This document shows, piece by piece, positions 14,641 to 26,939 of a stretch of DNA of 64,000 nucleotides. A model generated the notes under the pieces. That model worked only from the letters and a program-made list of their open reading frames with translations. It made no database searches and was not told the origin of the DNA. Position 1 is the stretch's first letter, and each line of letters starts with the position of its first letter. This stretch comes from Octopus sinensis. Its lineage: Eukaryota. A program made the position numbers and the translations under genes. The stretch covers positions 21,142,001 through 21,206,000 of the forward strand of contig NC_043022.1 of NCBI RefSeq assembly GCF_006345805.1, read 5' to 3'.

Positions 14641-14886
14641 TGCTGGTGTGTTTACATCACCGTAACATTAGCGGTTCGGCAAAAGAAGACCGATACAATA
14701 AGTTTAAGGCTTACAAAGAATAAGTCCTGGGGTCGACTTGCTCGACTAAAAGGCGGTGCTCCAGCATGGCCGCAGTCAAATGACTGAAACAAGTAAAAGA
14801 GTATATTGCCGAAGGATCGTCTCAAAGACGTCTCTGATTCGTACTGAAGGTCAAGGACGTTTAAAGCATTCCTCTTCGACATCATT

Positions 14887-15136
14887 CATCATCATCGTTT
14901 GACCGTGGTCGAGACAATGGAATTTACCATGCTACGCCAGACTTCACGGTCCATCATAGCATTACGGAGGTCCTGTTGCTGGATGCTTGTATCCCTGGAG
15001 ATTACATCAGGGTAGGAGAGTGTGCGCCCTCTGGTATTGCGAGCAGATGGCTTCCAGAGGAGAAGAGTAGAAATTACCTCTTTTTCAGCTCTACAACAAT
15101 GTCCAGCAAATTGGACTCTCCTACCTTTCACAAGAG
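14887..15136 (-). mobile_element. 5'-truncated RTE-type LINE 3' end
   Basis: Peptide RRVQFAGHCCR...MMDREVWRSMV plus (ATG)n tail; short ATCATT duplication at both ends; sister copies at 19445-19696 and 21893-22211. Confidence 0.75.
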
Positions 15137-15450
15137 ATCATTACCTATCTTAGTCATAAGGTCAAAGACGTTTAAAGCATTCCTCTTTTACATCATTACC
15201 TATCTTAGTCATTCTAAATAAAAAGAGAACACTCACCATTTATTTCTGGAAGTATTTAAAGCCTTCGTCACACAAAACCTACGACAAACTCACCGAAACG
15301 AGCATTCTACTGAGTCAGCTTCAGACATAAGTTCTTACAGGCTTCGGGTTTCTTTCTACTCTCTTTTTTCTTTCATTCTTTTATCCCTTTCTTCCTCCTC
15401 TTCTTGTTTACTTCGTCATCTCGCCGTCTTTTTAGTTATTTATTCATTGT

Positions 15451-15899
15451 GGCGATCCTTCGGTATAGGTACCGTAAGTGGCTTTGTTTACATTTCTGAA
15501 GATAACACCGGCGTAACTTCGGTATAGGTACCGGAAGTAGCGGATACATTTCAAGAAAGTGTTGTTTTTTTTTATATATATGGGGTTTGGGTTAGGGTTT
15601 GGATTAGGGTTTGTGTTAGGGCTAGGGTTTGGGTTAGGGTTTGTGTTAGGGCTAGGGTTTGTGGTAGGGTTAGGGTTAGGGGTGGGAGAAAAGGGTTTCT
15701 GGGCGATCCTTCGGTATAAGTACACACGTGACTTTGTTTACATTTCTGAAGATAACAGAAACCCTTTTCTCCCACCCCTAACCCTAACACAAACCTAGCC
15801 CTAACACAAACCCTAACCCTAACCCCCCATATATATATAAAAAAAAAACACTTTCTTGCAATGTTCCGCTACTTCCGGTACCTATACCGAAGTTACGCC
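15451..15899. mobile_element. Rearranged cluster of GGCG-MITEs with expanded TTAGGG-variant repeats
   Basis: Left end 15451-15507, inverted right part 15510-15700, complete copy 15702-15899. Confidence 0.75.
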
Positions 15900-16207
15900 C
15901 TTCTTTTTTCTCTTCTTTTTAAACTTTTTTTCTCACTCTCTTCTTTTTGCTTTTATTCACTTATCTTTTTCTTTCCTGTTTTCATTCGCTTTTCTCCTCC
16001 TTTTCATTTCTCTCTCTCTCTCTCTTCTCTCTTTATTTACATCTTCGCCTCTTTCTCTTTCTCTTTCCCGCATTGTTCATTTACTTCTTTCTTTCTTTCT
16101 GTCTTTATTCATTTCTGTTTTTGTTTTTGTTGTTTTTCATTCCTTATTTCTCTCGTCTCTTTACGTTTGCTTCTTTGCTTTTTTTCTCTTTGTTTTCTTT
16201 CTTCATT

Positions 16208-16238
<31 letters not shown>

Positions 16239-16479
16239 ACCTTTTTCTTTCTTTATTTTTCATTTCATTTCTTTACTTGTTTATTTACCTCTTTCCCTCC
16301 TCTTTATCTCTCTCTCTCTGTCTTGATTCATTTCTTTCCTCCTTTTCTTTCTCCTCCCCTCTGCTGAATTTACGGTACGACTTGGCCTTAACCTTCAGAC
16401 GCTGTACTGACCTTGACTCCTTTCCATTTCCCCCCCCCCTTCTCTCTTTGACTTTTCTTTCCCTTCTTATTTCCTTCAC

Positions 16480-16648
16480 GGCGATCCTTCGGTATAAGTA
16501 TACACGTGACTTTGTTTACATTTCTGAAGATAACAGAAACCCTTTTCTCCCACTCCTAACCCTAACCCCCCATATATATATAAAAAAACAAAACACTTTC
16601 TTGAAATGTATCTGGTACTTACACCGGTACTTATACCGAAGTTACGCC
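16480..16648. mobile_element. 169-bp GGCG-terminated MITE with CCCTAA repeats, perfect 8-bp TSD
   Basis: Ends ggcgatccttcggtataagta / tacttataccgaagttacgcc; TSD tccttcac at 16472-16479 and 16649-16656. Confidence 0.85.
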
Positions 16649-16838
16649 TCCTTCACGCATCGTGATAGTCAGCTTTGAATTCATTCATACCGCCTCTCAC
16701 TATATACTAATACCTGGGTACATGTTTCTTTCATGGTACAAATCTTTGGGGTAAACCTTTTCAGGCTGTCGCCCCTGTGACATCCGGGCCCCATTCCTAA
16801 CGCCCCCATCCCAACTAACCTTCACAAACACAGACCTC

Positions 16839-17244
16839 GGATCTTTTCGGTTTGAACGGCAGTTTTTAACATAATTTCTACGTAACTAAAAAATTTTAAA
16901 CTTCGTATACTGGTAGAATGTTTTTATAAAACATCTTTTTCTCTTGGCTTTATTGAGAAAATTCTATAGTTTGTAAGATATTTGTTGTTTTTTTCTTCAA
17001 CTTCTGCAATTTCAACTAATCAATTACGTCCATTGAGGTAAAAAAAACATTCTGTGCCGTATGAATATGTCCCTCGTTTAAGAAACAGATTGGATTTATT
17101 TACATTTCTGAAGAAAAAAAGATAACCCTAACCCTAACCCTAAAACAGATTGAAATGCAATAGATCGATACTAGGGTCATAATTATGGGTGACGATTTCA
17201 CATGACACCGCTAGAAAAAACTGCCGGTCAAACCGAAAAGATCC
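16839..17244. mobile_element. GGATC-terminated MITE carrying (CCCTAA)n, 8-bp TSD
   Basis: TIRs ggatcttttcggtttgaacggcagttttt / aaaaactgccggtcaaaccgaaaagatcc; flanks cagacctc / cagacttc. Confidence 0.85.
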
Positions 17245-18417
17245 CAGACTTCTTTATGAAGCAAATTCAAAGCAACCCTATTTTACAAATAGAACTTAAC
17301 CTAACGAACCCATTATTTTGTTGTTTACATGAATCACTACCCCATTATCGCCCCAATTTTTATATGAATTGCTTCCTCATTATCGCCCACCTTTTCTTCG
17401 AACCCCCTTAGAACTTTCCACTGCCCCCAGGGGTCAATGCCGCCCACTTTGGAAATCACTGGTTTGCACAACGTCGGTGTGAGGAGACTTCGTCGTTCAC
17501 CCTCTTTTCCAGCCTAGACCTTTTTTTATCTATGCCAGGAGCGACGGTTGTGTGCATGAATGATGTGTACCAATACCGAAAGACTACAGTCTTTGGATAT
17601 TGAGGTTTTAGCTTTCTCGATTAAATTTATTTATCGCCCGTCTTTATGTTCTGAGTTCAAATTCCGCCGAGGTCGACTTTGCCTTTCATCTCTTTTCGGA
17701 ATCGATAAAATAAGTAGCAGTTGCAAAACTGGGGTCGTCGCAATCCACCACCCGCCCCTTTCCCGGAAAGTGCTGGCCTTGTGCCAAAACTTCACAGCAA
17801 TATTAAAGGCGGTGAGCTGGCTGTGTGGTAAGTAGCTTGCTTATGAACCACATGGTTCCAGGTTCATTCCCACTGCGTGCCACCTTGGGCAAGTGTCTTC
17901 TACTATAGCCTCGGGCCGACAAAATCCTTTTGAGTAGATTTGGTAGACGGAAACTGAAAGAAGCCCGTCGTATATATGTATATATATGCGTGTGTGTGTC
18001 TGTGTTTGTCCCTCTAACATTGCTTGACAACCGATGCTGGTGTGTTTACGTCCCCGTCATTTAGCGGTTCGGCAAAAAAGACCGATAGAATAAGTACTGG
18101 GCTTACAAAGAATAAGTCCCGGGGTCGAGTTTCTCGATTAAAGGCGGTGCTCCAGCATGGCCGCAGTCAAATGACTGAAACAAGTAAAAGAGTTAAGAGT
18201 AAAGAGTAATATATATATATATATGTGTGTGTGTGTCTGTATTTGTCCCCCCGAACATCGCTTGATAACCGATGGTGATGTGTTTACGTTATGTGTGTAG
18301 ATTATATATATTACTGTTTATCGTAAGAAACGTCAGAGTATCTGAGTGAATATGTGTGTGAGAAACTAAGTGTGAGTGGATGTGTTTGGATGTAAGCGTG
18401 TATGTGTATATATATAT

Positions 18418-19376
18418 CTTTATTACCCACAAGGGGCTAAACATGAAGGGGACAAACAAGGACAGACAAAGGGATTAAGTCGATTACATCGACCCCAGTG
18501 CGTAACTGGTACTTAATTTATCGACCCCGAAAGGATGAAAGGCAAAGTCGACCTCGGCGGAATTTGAACTCACAACGTAACGCAGACGAAATACCTATTT
18601 CTTTATTACCCACAAGGGGCTAAACATAGAGGGGACAAACAAGGACAGACAAAGGGATTAAGTCGATTACATCGACCCCAGTGCGTAACTGGTACTTAAT
18701 TTATCGACCCCGAAAGGATGAAAGGCAAAGTCGACCTCGGCGGAATTTGAACTCACAACGTAACGCAGACGAAATACCTATTTCTTTATTACCCACAAGG
18801 GGCTAAACATAGAGGGGACAAACAAGGACAGACATAGGTATTATGTCGATTACATCGACCCCAGTGCGTAACTGGTACTTAATTTATCGACCCCGAAAGG
18901 ATGAAAGGCAAAGTCGACCTCGGCGGAATTTGAACTCACAACGTAACGCAGACGAAATACCTATTTCTTTATTACCCACAAGGGGCTAAACATAGAGGGG
19001 ACAAACAAGGACAGACATAGGTATTATGTCGATTACATCGACCCCAGTGCGTAACTGGTACTTAATTTATCGACCCCGAAAGGATGAAAGGCAAAGTCGA
19101 CCTCGGCGGAATTTGAACTCACAACGTAACGCAGACGAAATACCTATTTCTTTATTACCCACAAGGGGCTAAACATAGAGGGGACAAACAAGGACAGACA
19201 AAGGGATTAAGTCGATTACATCGACCCCAGTGCGTAACTGGTACTTAATTTATCGACCCCGAAAGGATGAAAGGCAAAGTCGACCTCGGCGGAATTTGAA
19301 CTCACAACGTAACGCAGACGAAATACCGCTAAGCATTTCGCCCGGCGTGCTAACGATTCTGCCAGCTCGCCGCCAT
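18418..19376 (-). repeat. Tandem array: 5 x 183-bp unit of SINE family B
   Basis: Unit starts at 18418, 18601, 18784, 18967 and 19150; the last unit continues into the SINE head. Confidence 0.92.
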
Positions 19377-19444
19377 TGTATGTGTATGTGTATATATGCG
19401 TGCGTGCGTGTGTGTGTGTGTGTGAGTGTGTGTAAGTCCAGGTA

Positions 19445-19696
19445 TCATTATCATCATTGTTCGACCGTGGTTGAGACAATGGAATTTACCATGCTATGCC
19501 AGACTTCACGGTCCATCATGGCATTACGGAGGTCCTGTTGCTGGATGCCTGTATCCCTGGAGATTACATCAGGGTAGGAGGGTGTGCGCCCTCTGGTATT
19601 GCGAGTAGATGGCTTCCAGAGGAGAAGAGTAGAAATTACCTCTTTTTCAGCTCTACAACAATGTCCAGCAAAGTGGACTCCCCTACCTTTCACAAG
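19445..19696 (-). mobile_element. 5'-truncated RTE-type LINE 3' end
   Basis: Same peptide and tail as 14887-15136. Confidence 0.75.
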
Positions 19697-21026
19697 TGCA
19701 GGTATATATGTGCGTGTGTGTGTGTGTATTTATGTACAAATATATATATGTATGTGTGTGTGTGTTTCTACAAATATATTTGCGTGAGCATACGTATATA
19801 CATATATGAAAAATTACGAAAGAAATTATTGTATACAGAGCTTAGTGTGTGTATGTGTGTTTGCGCGCGCAATAATTTACGAAGCCAACCGAATAAGTTT
19901 ATAGTTAAAGGGAAATAACTCGTATAAAATTCACCAAAATTTTTTGCAGTCGTAGGTTGTCAGATAAATTCGTTCGTTTTATTCCCCCCCCCCCATTTAC
20001 TCTATTATTATTATATCTGAAAAGGGGTAAAACTTATTCAAATTTCAAAAACGATAAACAAAAAGTTGTAGAAGAAGAATAAGCTCACAAATTACCCCCT
20101 CTCCCTCATAAAACATTATAATTAAAATATTCGTCGAATTAATTTAAATAACGGATGGAAAGAATTAAAACAAATCGGCAAAAGAAGACCGATAGAGTAA
20201 GTACTAGGCTTACAAAGAATAAGTCCTGAGGTCGATTTGCTCGACTAAAGGCGTTGCTCCAGCATGGCCACAGTCAAATGACTGAAACAAGTAAAAGAGT
20301 CAAAAACTCTGACATTTGAAGCGAGAAATCAAATCTTGTTACGGTCTAAGGGAAATAACTCGTGTCAAACGGCCGTTTTTGATTTTATTGTTTAATTATT
20401 GTGATTAAACTTTAATTATTGTGGTTGTTCTGGTGGGGATAGGACTTGACATTTCGCATCAGCTGAAGAAAACCAGATACCGTAAATCCTCGAGTATAAT
20501 CCGCATTCCCCCCCCCCCAAATTTAAAGGTCAAAATCCCAAGTGCGTTCTATATACGAGATGAAAAACGAAAATTATTTTCTGAGCAATGTCCGAGTCTC
20601 TATTTGCTGTCATAACTTTCATGAAAATGGATGTCTTTACTCGAAATTTTACAGAAATATCTTTCAGACAGCATACATTACGATTATAAAGAAATATGTG
20701 GGGGAAATGTTTTCCGAAGTGGGGGAAGACTCTCGGATATTTCACACAATCCATTTTTGCCCCTCATAACTTTCAGGATCTAATTTAACGCTCGGTCACC
20801 AAAACGAAAGAAATAAAACAGTCTAATAGGCTTACAAAAACTTGTAGAAAATGGATATGGAAACAAAAATTTGCGCAAACGAACGGGGTGGGGGTGAGAG
20901 GACTTTCGGAAAATTCACACGATCTGATTTTTTCCCTCATAACTTTCAGGAAAACATTTTTTCCACAATAATAGAAATATTAAAATTACTAAGTCTCTCT
21001 AAAAGAGATTACGGCAGCGTTACTGG

Positions 21027-21332
21027 AAATTAATTGTTATCGCCATATTAATATGGCAATCTTATAGACATAAGACTAAAGCTGTCGTTGATTAGCTCCA
21101 TGAGGCCATCGCCTTAAGCTAGCTATTTGATACACAAATACCCTGAAACGCGTCTGTAGCTGTCTGACTGGCAGTGTGAAGCGGCTGACCTCCCTTGTTC
21201 GAAGGTTATAATGGATACAGTTTGTGTATCAAATAGCTAGCTTAAGGCGATGGCCTCATGGAGCTAATCAACGACAGCTTTAGTCTTATGTCTATAAGAT
21301 TGCCATATTAATATGGCGATAACAATTAATTT
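21027..21332. mobile_element. Palindromic (foldback) MITE, 112-bp arms
   Basis: 21027-21138 is the reverse complement of 21221-21332; 82-bp spacer. Confidence 0.85.
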
Positions 21333-21608
21333 TTTCCACAAATTTCTTTATAATCGTAATCTATGCGGTTTGAAAGGTGTTTCTGTAAAATTTCATTGAA
21401 AGATATACATTTTCCTAAAAGTTATTAAGTCGTTTACATCGATCACAATGTTCAGCTGGTACTTATTTTATCGATCTCTAAAGGATGAAAGGCAAAGTTG
21501 TGCCAAAAACTTAAATCGATACAAGGCGCTTGGTTTTTTTCAAAACCAAGAACAAAAAATGTCTCGAAATGTCGCCCTCGGTCCTACATGCCAAGTGGGG
21601 CCTATATT

Positions 21609-22261
21609 ATCTCTCTATATATAAATGGCAAAATGTCTGCGTGTGTGTCCTTTATACAAATCCACAATTTTTCAGTTAGAGAGCTCGCACTTTCTATGGT
21701 CATTCAAAACCGTCCAAAGGTGGTCATGCACATCTTTACATTTCCCCAGTCACCCTGCAAAATCATTAAAAAATCAATAGAAGTGACTTTTTTGTGAATT
21801 TTCTATCCAAAACCCGATCAAAATGCCCGAAACTTGATACGCCAATTGAATGCCAGCTAGCTGTATGTGATAGGTCGGAGATTTGGACAATACTCTCGTG
21901 GAAGCGCCATCCAACCAAAATGCAAATATATGGGAACTACCACCTGTGTCATCTCTTGTGAAAGGTAGGAGAGTCCAGTTTGCTGGACATTGTTGTAGAG
22001 CTGAAAACGAGGCAATTTCTACTCTTCTCCTCTGGAAGCCATCTGCTCGCGATACCAGATGGCGCACACTCTCCTACCCTGATGTAATCTCCAGGGATAC
22101 AGGCATCCAACAGCAGGACCTCCGTAATGCTATGATGGACCGTGAAGTCTGGCGTAGCATGGTAAATTCTATTGTCTCGACCACGGTCGAACAATGATGA
22201 TGATGATGATGTATGCATGCACTAGCACTATGACCAGGCGTTGCCGGGTCATAGTGCTAGT
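21609..22261 (+). mobile_element. Non-autonomous Helitron-like element with nested RTE fragment
   Basis: 5' tctctctatatataaat..., 3' hairpin ending CTAGT. Confidence 0.55.
21893..22211 (+). mobile_element. 5'-truncated RTE-type LINE 3' end nested in a Helitron-like element
   Basis: Same peptide, (GAT)n tail. Confidence 0.75.
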
Positions 22262-23323
22262 ATGCTTTAACGGACTAAAAGTTTTATTTTCCTGAATATG
22301 CACAGGCGTAGTAAACACTTTTATTGCCTTCACAGTGTTTACCGTTTTCTAAAATCAAGCTAGAAAACTGGACAAAACAGGGAACACAATTAAAAATATT
22401 AAAAAGAAAAAATAAGAAAAAAAGAGACAACAGTGGCTGTGTGGTAAGTAGCTTGCTAACCAACCACATGGTTCCGGGTTCAGTCCCACTGCGTGGAATC
22501 TTGGGCAAGTGTCTTCTACTATAGCCTTGGGCCGACCAAAGCCTTGTGAGTGGATTTGGTAGACGGAAACTGAAAGAAGCCCGTCGTATATATGTATATA
22601 GATATTTATGTGTGTATGTGTGTGTGTTTGTGTGTCTGTGTTTGTCTCCCTAGCATTGCTTGACAACCGATGCTGGTGTGTTTACGTCCCTGTTACTTAG
22701 CGGATCGGCAAAAGAGACCGATAGAATAAGTACTGGGCTTACAAAGAATAAGTTCCGGGGTCGATTTGCTCGACTAAAGGCGGTACTCCAGCATGGCCGC
22801 AGTCAAATGACTGAAACAAGTAAAAGAGAGTAACAAAAAAAAAAAAACATTCAGCACCTTGGGTTGAAAAGTTGGCGGCGCCGGGAAACCTCACCGATGG
22901 CTATATCTAATTCTTTATCGACCGCAAGGGGCTAAACACAGAGGGGACAAACAAGGACAGACAAACGGATTAAGTCGATTATATCGACCCCAGTGCGTAA
23001 CTGGTACTTATTTAATCGACCCAGAAAGGATGAAAGGCAAAGTCGACCTCGGCGGAATTTGAACTCACAGCGTTGCGACAGGTGAAATACCCATTTCTTT
23101 ACTACCCACAAGGGGCTAAACATAGAGGGGACAAACAAGGACAGACAAACCGATCAAGTCGATTAGATTGACCCCAGTGCGTAACTGGTAGTTAATTTAT
23201 CGACCCCGAAAAGATGAAAGGCAAAGTCGACCTCGGCGGAATTTGAACCCAGAACGTAACGGCAGTCGAAATACCGCTAAGCATTTCGCCCGGCGTGCTA
23301 ACGTTTCTGCCAGCTCGACGCCT

Positions 23324-23448
23324 TCAGCTGGCTATTGAGACACGCCAGTACGCTTGCAGCGTTGCACGGGTGATGGCGAGGCTGATGCGCTGGAACAGCC
23401 AAGCGCCCTCATGAGCCCCAGCAGTTACCTCTGCAAGGCGAGTTGCCT
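23324..23448 (-). mobile_element. CRE-clade LINE C-terminal fragment
   Basis: RLAEVTAGAHEGAWLFQRISLAITR(fs)NAASVL resembles the FQR.S.A..RGNA C-terminus of CRE-like elements. Confidence 0.6.
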
Positions 23449-24278
23449 GTGAAGACAAGCGGCTTGCTTCCCAACCACATGTTTGCAGGTTCAGTCCCAC
23501 TGCATGGCACCTTGGCCAAATATCTTCTACTATAGCCTTGGGCTGACCAAAGCGTTGTGAGTGGATTTGGTAGACAGAAACTGAAAGAAGCCCGTCATAT
23601 GTGTGTGTGTTTTTGTGTATGTGTTTGTCCACCCCACCATCGCCTGACAACTGATCTTGGTGTGTTTACATCCCCGTCAACTAGCGGTTTGGCAAAAGAG
23701 ATCGATAGAATAAGTACTAAGCTTTCAAAGAATAAGTCCCGGGGACAATTTTTTCGACCAAAACCCTTTAAGGCAAAACCCTGTCAGTGGATTTGGTAGA
23801 TGGAAACTGAAAGAAGCCCTTCGTTTGTGTGTGTATATATGCGTGTTTGTGTGTGTGTGTTTTCTGGTTCAATTCCACTTCATAGGTGTGTGTGCTTGTG
23901 TTTTTGTGTTTGTTTTCCATCACCGTTTGACAATCGGTGTTGGTGTGTTTACGTCCCCATAACATTAGCAGTTCGGCAAAAGATACCAACAGAATAAGTA
24001 CCGTTTGAAAAAAAAATAAAAAGAAAAAAGGTATTAGGGTCAATTCATTCGACTAAAAATTCTTTAAGAAGGTGCTCCAGTATGGCCGCAGACTAATACC
24101 TAAAACCAGTAAAAAGATGTAAGAAGGTGCTCCAGTACGCCCGCAGGATTCGTCTCTTGTGCCATTAAAATGCGGTAAGCGAAAAAGTTTTCTTCGCATA
24201 TGCGCGTTTCCTGGTTCGATCCTACGCCATGGCACCTTGTGAGGCTAACCTAATCCTTTTCAGTGAAATTTGTGTGTA

Positions 24279-24316
<38 letters not shown>

Positions 24317-24569
24317 CGTGTATGTGTGAGAGAGTGTGTGCTTCACGTCAAAAGGCGACTTAGCTTTCCGATAAGTAGATACCGATATAATGGATACCGG
24401 ACACGGGTTGACGTGATTGAATTAAAACACGTGAAAGCGGTGCCCCAGTATGGCCGTGGTACTATAACTGAAACGACCAAAAGAATAAAAATATATATAT
24501 ATAATAAAAAAAAAACAAGAATATTTATTCTGTTTGGTTCTCCCCTTCTACACGTAATTATTACTAACT

Positions 24570-25060
24570 TCTACTGCTGCTGCTGCTGCTTATACTACTA
24601 CTACTACTACTACTACTACTAATAATAATAATGATAATAATAATAATACGACGATGATGACTACTACCACCACCATCACACCCACATCAACAACCACCAC
24701 CACTACTACTGCTATCATCCACCCTACTACTATTATTATTACCACCACCACCACCACAACCACCAACACAACTACCACCATTACCACTGCTGCTGCTACT
24801 ACTAATACTACTACCACTGCTATTACCACTACCACCATAACCCCCACACCCACATCAACCACCACCACTACCACCACTACATTATCATCCCCACCACCAA
24901 CTGCATCTTTGTTCTTGCTCTTTCATCGTTTGCATCGTCGCCGCCGCCACCACCGTCATCTCTTATACTTTGCCAACTTCTCTTTCTCCTTCTTCTTCTT
25001 CATCCACCCCCACCCCCATACCTTCTCCCCACCACCACCACCACCACCACCACCTCCTGC
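24570..25060. repeat. (ACT/ACC)n low-complexity tract
   Basis: Seen directly. Confidence 0.9.
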
Positions 25061-25255
25061 TGCAACTTTAGCACTCAGACAAATTGTTATAACTCCCAGT
25101 TACCAGCATCGGTAGCATCACTTCTCTAAGCCAATGTAGAAAGATGTGCACACACAGCGCACGTGTCGGTGACGTCACAGATGCAGTTCTGCCTGACAGC
25201 GACATCAGCTAACGAGTGTCTGCAATCGACAGCGCCCAATGATCTATTTAAAAAT

Positions 25256-25287
<32 letters not shown>

Positions 25288-26939
25288 ATATATCTGTATC
25301 TATAAAAGGCATGATGTGTGTGTGTGTGTACGTGATTATAATTTATGCACATCCACAAATTAGCACGCATGTCGCTCCAATTTTAGGAGGACGTTCGTCA
25401 ACATCCTACCTGGGTTTTGTCAACTTATGTTTTTCCCGAGGCACCCGCGGATAGCGGTGAAAATCTATTTTCGGCCATAGCTTTTATCTATTTTGAAGTT
25501 TGCTAACATGAGTTAAGTCCCTTCTAGCCATAGCCAAGCGAAAGTGTGTGTGTGAGGGAGAGAGAGAGAAGTTGTGTGTTGATGTATGTGTGTGTGAGGG
25601 AGAGAGAGCGTTTCGCAACGTCTAACAAAAATAGTAAAGAAAAAGTATGTGTAAGGAAGTGTGGGAGATGGTTTGAGAGCGTCTAACAAAAAAAAAAAAG
25701 GTAAAGACAAAGTGAGAGAGAGAGAGAGAGGGGGTGAGAGTAAGTCACAGCGTTCATAAAAAATAAAATGTAAAATGTTTTGTTTTTTCTTAAATACGAG
25801 ATATAGTCTTCAAATTTAGGATGTGTTTGAAAGACACTATATTTTATAATCAGAGTATATATACTTTCTCACACAACAATTACAATATATTTATTTTAAA
25901 TCGTTCATCTTTCTCCCCGCCTCTCTCCCTCACACATTACTTTGGGTGCGAAAGAGTTTTGTTTTTATTTTACGCCGAGTAAAAAAGCGTTTTGTTGACA
26001 ATCCATTTATTTAACAACAAAGAGGGAGGTAACAGTTTGTCAGTGAATTACACAATATAAATGGGTACAATTTCCGAGGCTTCCACCACACCCCACTCCG
26101 TTTCACGGACCACAAAGAGGGTTTTGTAGCATATTAGGAGGCCAGAGTAGTTGATTCCACGAAAAAAAACGATTTTTTTTTCTTAGTGAAAATCGTGCGA
26201 GTGTTGATCTACAAATTTACCAAAATTTTTTTTCCATTTATTTCTGTTTATGAACATGTATGCTTGCACAAAACATGCATTAGGTGTACGTACGTACGTG
26301 TGTGTATGTGTGTTGCCCATTTATATTTATATATGTATATATATATATAAAGCCGAAGTTGTCTGTGTATGGCAGGTTTGGTAGCCTTCAACTAACACTA
26401 TCTCCTCCGAGACCCTGCAGCGCAACTTGACCAAAATTGAGAGTATGATAGAAGAAGGCTTGCTCTTCCTTCCGTAGAAGAAAAAATTCAAATCGGACCA
26501 TGTTAACACCAAAAATTATTTACATCAAAAAGGTGCTTTTTTCTATGAAAATCCCTATTTTTACGATTTTTTGACTGCTGTGTCACCATTTTTCGGTGTA
26601 TTTCAACCAGAAAAATGTTAACTTAAAGAGAATAACAAACTACATAATGCAACATTTTTACTTTTCAAAAATTCCAATTCTAAAGGGTCGAAACAAACCC
26701 GAGCGATACTGCTAGTATATGATAAATATCTGTAGCTATAAAAGGCATGATGTGTGTGTGTGTGTGTACGTGATTGTAACTTATACAAGTCCACAAATTA
26801 GCACACATGTCATTCCAATTTTAGGAGGACATTCATCAACACCCCACCTGGGTTTTGTCAACTTATTTTTTTTCCCGAGGCATCCGCGCATAGGAGTAAA
26901 AATCTATTTTCAGCCATAGCTTTTACCAAATTTGAAGGT

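Noticed and set aside
15856-16678. Long hydrophobic Phe/Leu/Ser ORFs
   Set aside because: CT-rich low-complexity tract open in all three frames.
24654-25115. Thr/Pro-rich mucin-like ORF
   Set aside because: Translation of (ACT/ACC)n low-complexity DNA; no splice or domain support.
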